A stretch of DNA of 64,000 bases from the NCBI GenBank assembly GCA_949288455.1, contig CASEKF010000036.1, positions 12,435 to 76,434 of the forward strand, read 5' to 3'. Of this stretch, positions 61,302 to 64,000 are shown piece by piece. This DNA is from an uncultured bacterium. GTDB lineage: Bacteria; Vulcanimicrobiota; CADAWZ01. How positions within the stretch are numbered: position 1 is the first letter of the stretch; every line of letters starts with the position of its first letter. The translations under genes and the position numbers were made by a program. The notes under the pieces are model-generated. The model was given only the letters and a program-made list of their open reading frames with translations, did no database searches and was not told the DNA's origin.

Positions 61302-62981
61302 TCACCGCTTATGAATTTCGCGTGAAGAACCGATAAATTCTCTCATAATGGAATTAGGAGGAATTTCGTCTGAACTCATAGGCAAAAAGAATTCCAAAAG
61401 GCGCAAAAGCCTCTGAGCCTCAGAATATTCAGGAACGTCTGACGAAATACCCTTTAAAGGCTCTACCACAAAGTTTTTCAAAACGGAAATTTCATATATA
61501 AGAAAAGAATTAAACATCACGTCCGCTTCTTCCTGAAACGGAAAAATATAAGCTCTTTCGCCTCTTCTTACCGAATCCCATTTTTTAAGAGTTTCCAAAA
61601 CGTCTCTTCCGCGATATAAATTATCTCTCACCATCCTGCGCAGAATTCTGGTATCGGTAGTATGAATTCTATTATGATTGTCAAGTTTTAAAGAAGTAAG
61701 AGGACTAATATAAATTTTAAACTTATTTACTCTGGCAACCGATTCCGTCAATCTGTCGTTAAGACCATGTATACCTTCGACTATTATAGGCTGATTAGGC
61801 AAAAGACGAATTTTCTTGCCGCTAAGAACTCTTTTGCCGATAGTAAAGTCAAATTTAGGAAGCTCGACTTCCTTACCGTCAAGAAGCATGTCTAGATGCT
61901 CGTTAAAAAGCTTAAGATCAAGAGCTTCCAAAACTTCAAAATTATATTCTCCATTTTCATCTCTGGGAGTTAAGTCTCTGTCAAGGAAATAATCGTCCAC
62001 AGAAACAGCGATAGGTTTCATACCGTTTATTCTCAATTGAATGCCAAGCCTGTCGGCAAAAGTAGTTTTTCCGGATGAGGAAGGACCTGCAACAAGAATA
62101 ACTCTTAAATTTTCTCTATCCTGATAAATTAAATCTGCTATCGCGGCTAATTTTTTCTCTTGGATAGCCTCAGATACTCTTACTATATCGGCGGTATCTC
62201 CGGCAAGAATACTCTCGTTAAGAGAAGCCACGTCGGAAACTTGAATAAATCTTCCCAATTTTTTAAAATCGCTATAAGTTTTAAAAATCTGGCGTTCCAT
62301 AGTAAACTCGGAAAGAACGAGAGGATTTGTCGTACGAGGATACCTAAGAATAAATCCCGGAGGATAATAAACAAGATCAAATAAATTAAGATAACCCGTA
62401 TGAGGAACGCTTTTAGTCATTAGATAATCAACGTATCCTCCGCAATCATAAAGCTCCATAATCTGTTTTTTGTCGCAATACTGAAGAAGCCTTACCGCGT
62501 CGGTTCTATTCTGTTCCTTAAAAATTTTTATAACGTCTTCTACCGCCATATAAGAAGATTCAAAAGGAATCTTTTGATTAGATATTCGCGTCATCTCTTC
62601 CTTTAGAGCGTTCATATGCGATATTTTAAAAGGTTCGCCTATATCGGGAGTACACCATACTCCGCCTGTAACGGAATGATCAACGGTCAGGCTACCGGAC
62701 GGAAACAGCTTGTAAAAAGCTTTTAAGAGCATCATAATCATGCTGTATCTATAAACTCTCCTGCCCTCTTCGCACCTTCCGTCGATAAAAGAAACCATAC
62801 TTCCGTCATGAACCTTTTCATTAAGAGATCTTAACTCGTTGTTCTCTCTCGCCGCCATAGCGGGATATTTGCAATCCATCTTATCCTTGCCTACCCGCTC
62901 TAATTCTCCAAAAGTAATTCCATCGGGAAGAGAAAGCTTCCAGCCGTTGGTAAGCGTAATAGTAATGTTAGTTCCAGACAT
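61302..62981 (-). CDS. Long-form uridine kinase/nucleoside kinase family protein (P-loop kinase with N-terminal TGS-like extension)
   Basis: Walker A VAGPSSSGKTTFADRL in the C-terminal half, Udk/PRK-like. ~250-aa N-terminal extension. Confidence 0.65.
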   Translation of the reverse strand: MSGTNITITLTNGWKLSLPDGITFGELERVGKDKMDCKYPAMAARENNELRSLNEKVHDGSMVSFIDGRCEEGRRVYRYSMIMMLLKAFYKLFPSGSLTVDHSVTGGVWCTPDIGEPFKISHMNALKEEMTRISNQKIPFESSYMAVEDVIKIFKEQNRTDAVRLLQYCDKKQIMELYDCGGYVDYLMTKSVPHTGYLNLFDLVYYPPGFILRYPRTTNPLVLSEFTMERQIFKTYSDFKKLGRFIQVSDVASLNESILAGDTADIVRVSEAIQEKKLAAIADLIYQDRENLRVILVAGPSSSGKTTFADRLGIQLRINGMKPIAVSVDDYFLDRDLTPRDENGEYNFEVLEALDLKLFNEHLDMLLDGKEVELPKFDFTIGKRVLSGKKIRLLPNQPIIVEGIHGLNDRLTESVARVNKFKIYISPLTSLKLDNHNRIHTTDTRILRRMVRDNLYRGRDVLETLKKWDSVRRGERAYIFPFQEEADVMFNSFLIYEISVLKNFVVEPLKGISSDVPEYSEAQRLLRLLEFFLPMSSDEIPPNSIMREFIGSSREIHKR

Positions 62982-63038
62982 CCTTGTCCTCCAGTAATAA
63001 AATTAAAAAACGGCATACTCGAAGCTCAGCTTAGCGAA

Positions 63039-64000
63039 TTATGAAGACATATCTTTAAGAAGATGCCAAGAAGATAATTCCTTTCGCATATTATCAACGT
63101 AGGAATCGTCAAGCTTATCTAAGATTTCATAACCTTCGTCGCCGGAAGATATATTCAATCTAGAATCGTCAGATATATAAGAAGCGCTTTGACGTTCATA
63201 ATTTTCTATCTGCCTGCAAAAATCCCGTATCGCTCTATCTCGATATTTCTCCTTAAGAACGGCTTTATCTGCTCCATTATAAGAACGGTACTCTTCATCC
63301 GCCGCTTTACGAGTATCTACTCCTAAGGCTTCGCGTTCATACATTCTGTCAAAATCTTCAACTACGTTTTTCCGCATTTCTAAACTAGCGGGATTATCTT
63401 CGTCAAAATATACTATATTGCTGGCTTCCCAATTATCTCTCAGGCCCTTTGACGAAAAGTTAGCGCTACCGGTAAGCATAGCTTTATCGGTTATAATAGT
63501 TTTTGAATGATTTTTCCGATCATGATCGTTTGAAGTCCTCTCTAAAACGCTCCATTTTACGTCTATTCCGGCGTCTTCAAGAATTTTATATCCGGCTTCG
63601 TTAGGAGTTCCGCCATAAGTATAAAGTCCGGGATCGAGAATCACTTCAATATCGATTTTTTTGCCTTGTTTTTCAAATTCGCTCTTCTTAGCCGCAAGAA
63701 CTTCGGCTATATTTTTAGTCATCACGAAAGCCGAGACTTTAATATAATCTTCCGCTTCATCTATAGCGTCTAAAAGAAGTCCCTGACGTTCGAATCCTTC
63801 GCTAGCTACGGCGACTACGTTCGAAGACGCTTCTCCTCCTGCCGGAGTTTCGCCTGCAGGAGGAGAAGCGTTTTTCAAATGTTTAACGTTATCGCGCGAA
63901 TTTATTTTATCAAACGCGCCGTCGACTAGATCCAAAAGCATTTTTCTGCCTTCGGAAGTTAAAGACACGTCGGAAGAACCTGAGCCCAAAAGATATTCTA
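63039..64000 (-). CDS. Phospholipase D-like (HKD motif) domain protein, N-terminus truncated by window end
   Basis: HSKTIITDKAMLTGSANFS is an HxK(x)4D…GSxN motif. Reading frame is open to the window edge, so the Met at 63989 may be internal. Confidence 0.55.
   Translation of the reverse strand, partial: EYLLGSGSSDVSLTSEGRKMLLDLVDGAFDKINSRDNVKHLKNASPPAGETPAGGEASSNVVAVASEGFERQGLLLDAIDEAEDYIKVSAFVMTKNIAEVLAAKKSEFEKQGKKIDIEVILDPGLYTYGGTPNEAGYKILEDAGIDVKWSVLERTSNDHDRKNHSKTIITDKAMLTGSANFSSKGLRDNWEASNIVYFDEDNPASLEMRKNVVEDFDRMYEREALGVDTRKAADEEYRSYNGADKAVLKEKYRDRAIRDFCRQIENYERQSASYISDDSRLNISSGDEGYEILDKLDDSYVDNMRKELSSWHLLKDMSS

Noticed and set aside
1-64000. CRISPR arrays, tRNA/rRNA genes, IS elements, integrases, toxin-antitoxin pairs
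   Set aside because: No spaced direct repeats, no cloverleaf-like conserved tRNA stretches in intergenic regions, and no transposase or integrase-like ORFs were seen on reading the intergenic regions and the ORF track.

Overview
This is a low-GC (roughly 38-40% by eye) bacterial chromosomal segment. It carries mostly housekeeping genes with a Firmicutes-like local synteny (clpC-radA-yacL-ispD; rplJ-rplL; rng next to a large radical-SAM fusion gene; an rnpB RNase P RNA). It also contains an accessory-looking set of hydrolases, surface proteins and unusual domain fusions.

Clear calls are:
- RNase E/G
- RNase P RNA, in the gap between the radical-SAM gene and the PASTA gene (4754..5127)
- PiT phosphate transporter, MetF, 4-alpha-glucanotransferase, GlmS
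- ClpC, RadA, a PIN/TRAM (YacL-like) protein, IspD
- an S46 peptidase, DeoB, MnmG, a POT transporter, SelD
- L10 and L7/L12
- a three-gene corrinoid iron-sulfur protein operon (acsC-RACo-acsD) with no acetyl-CoA synthase or methyltransferase partners adjacent
- a GH13 alpha-amylase, a clostripain-like C11 peptidase, an M15 peptidase, an ALDH and a long-form uridine kinase

The findings most worth a second look are:
- Three hydrolases (M15, C11, GH13) lack a Sec signal peptide but share Ser/Ala/Asn-rich N-terminal low-complexity regions.
- A two-TM sensor-like membrane protein carries a C-terminal AlbA_2/Schlafen-type domain.
- A cNMP-binding-like domain is fused to a divergent phosphofructokinase core.
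- A G9 homopolymer lies inside a zinc-ribbon membrane protein CDS.
- An Ala-rich coiled-coil surface protein has C-terminal Ca-binding-like motifs and a repeat-laden AT-rich upstream region.
- There are structured 5' regions upstream of clpC and rplJ, and twin palindromes upstream of the M15 peptidase gene.

No CRISPR array, tRNA, rRNA or obvious mobile element was seen.
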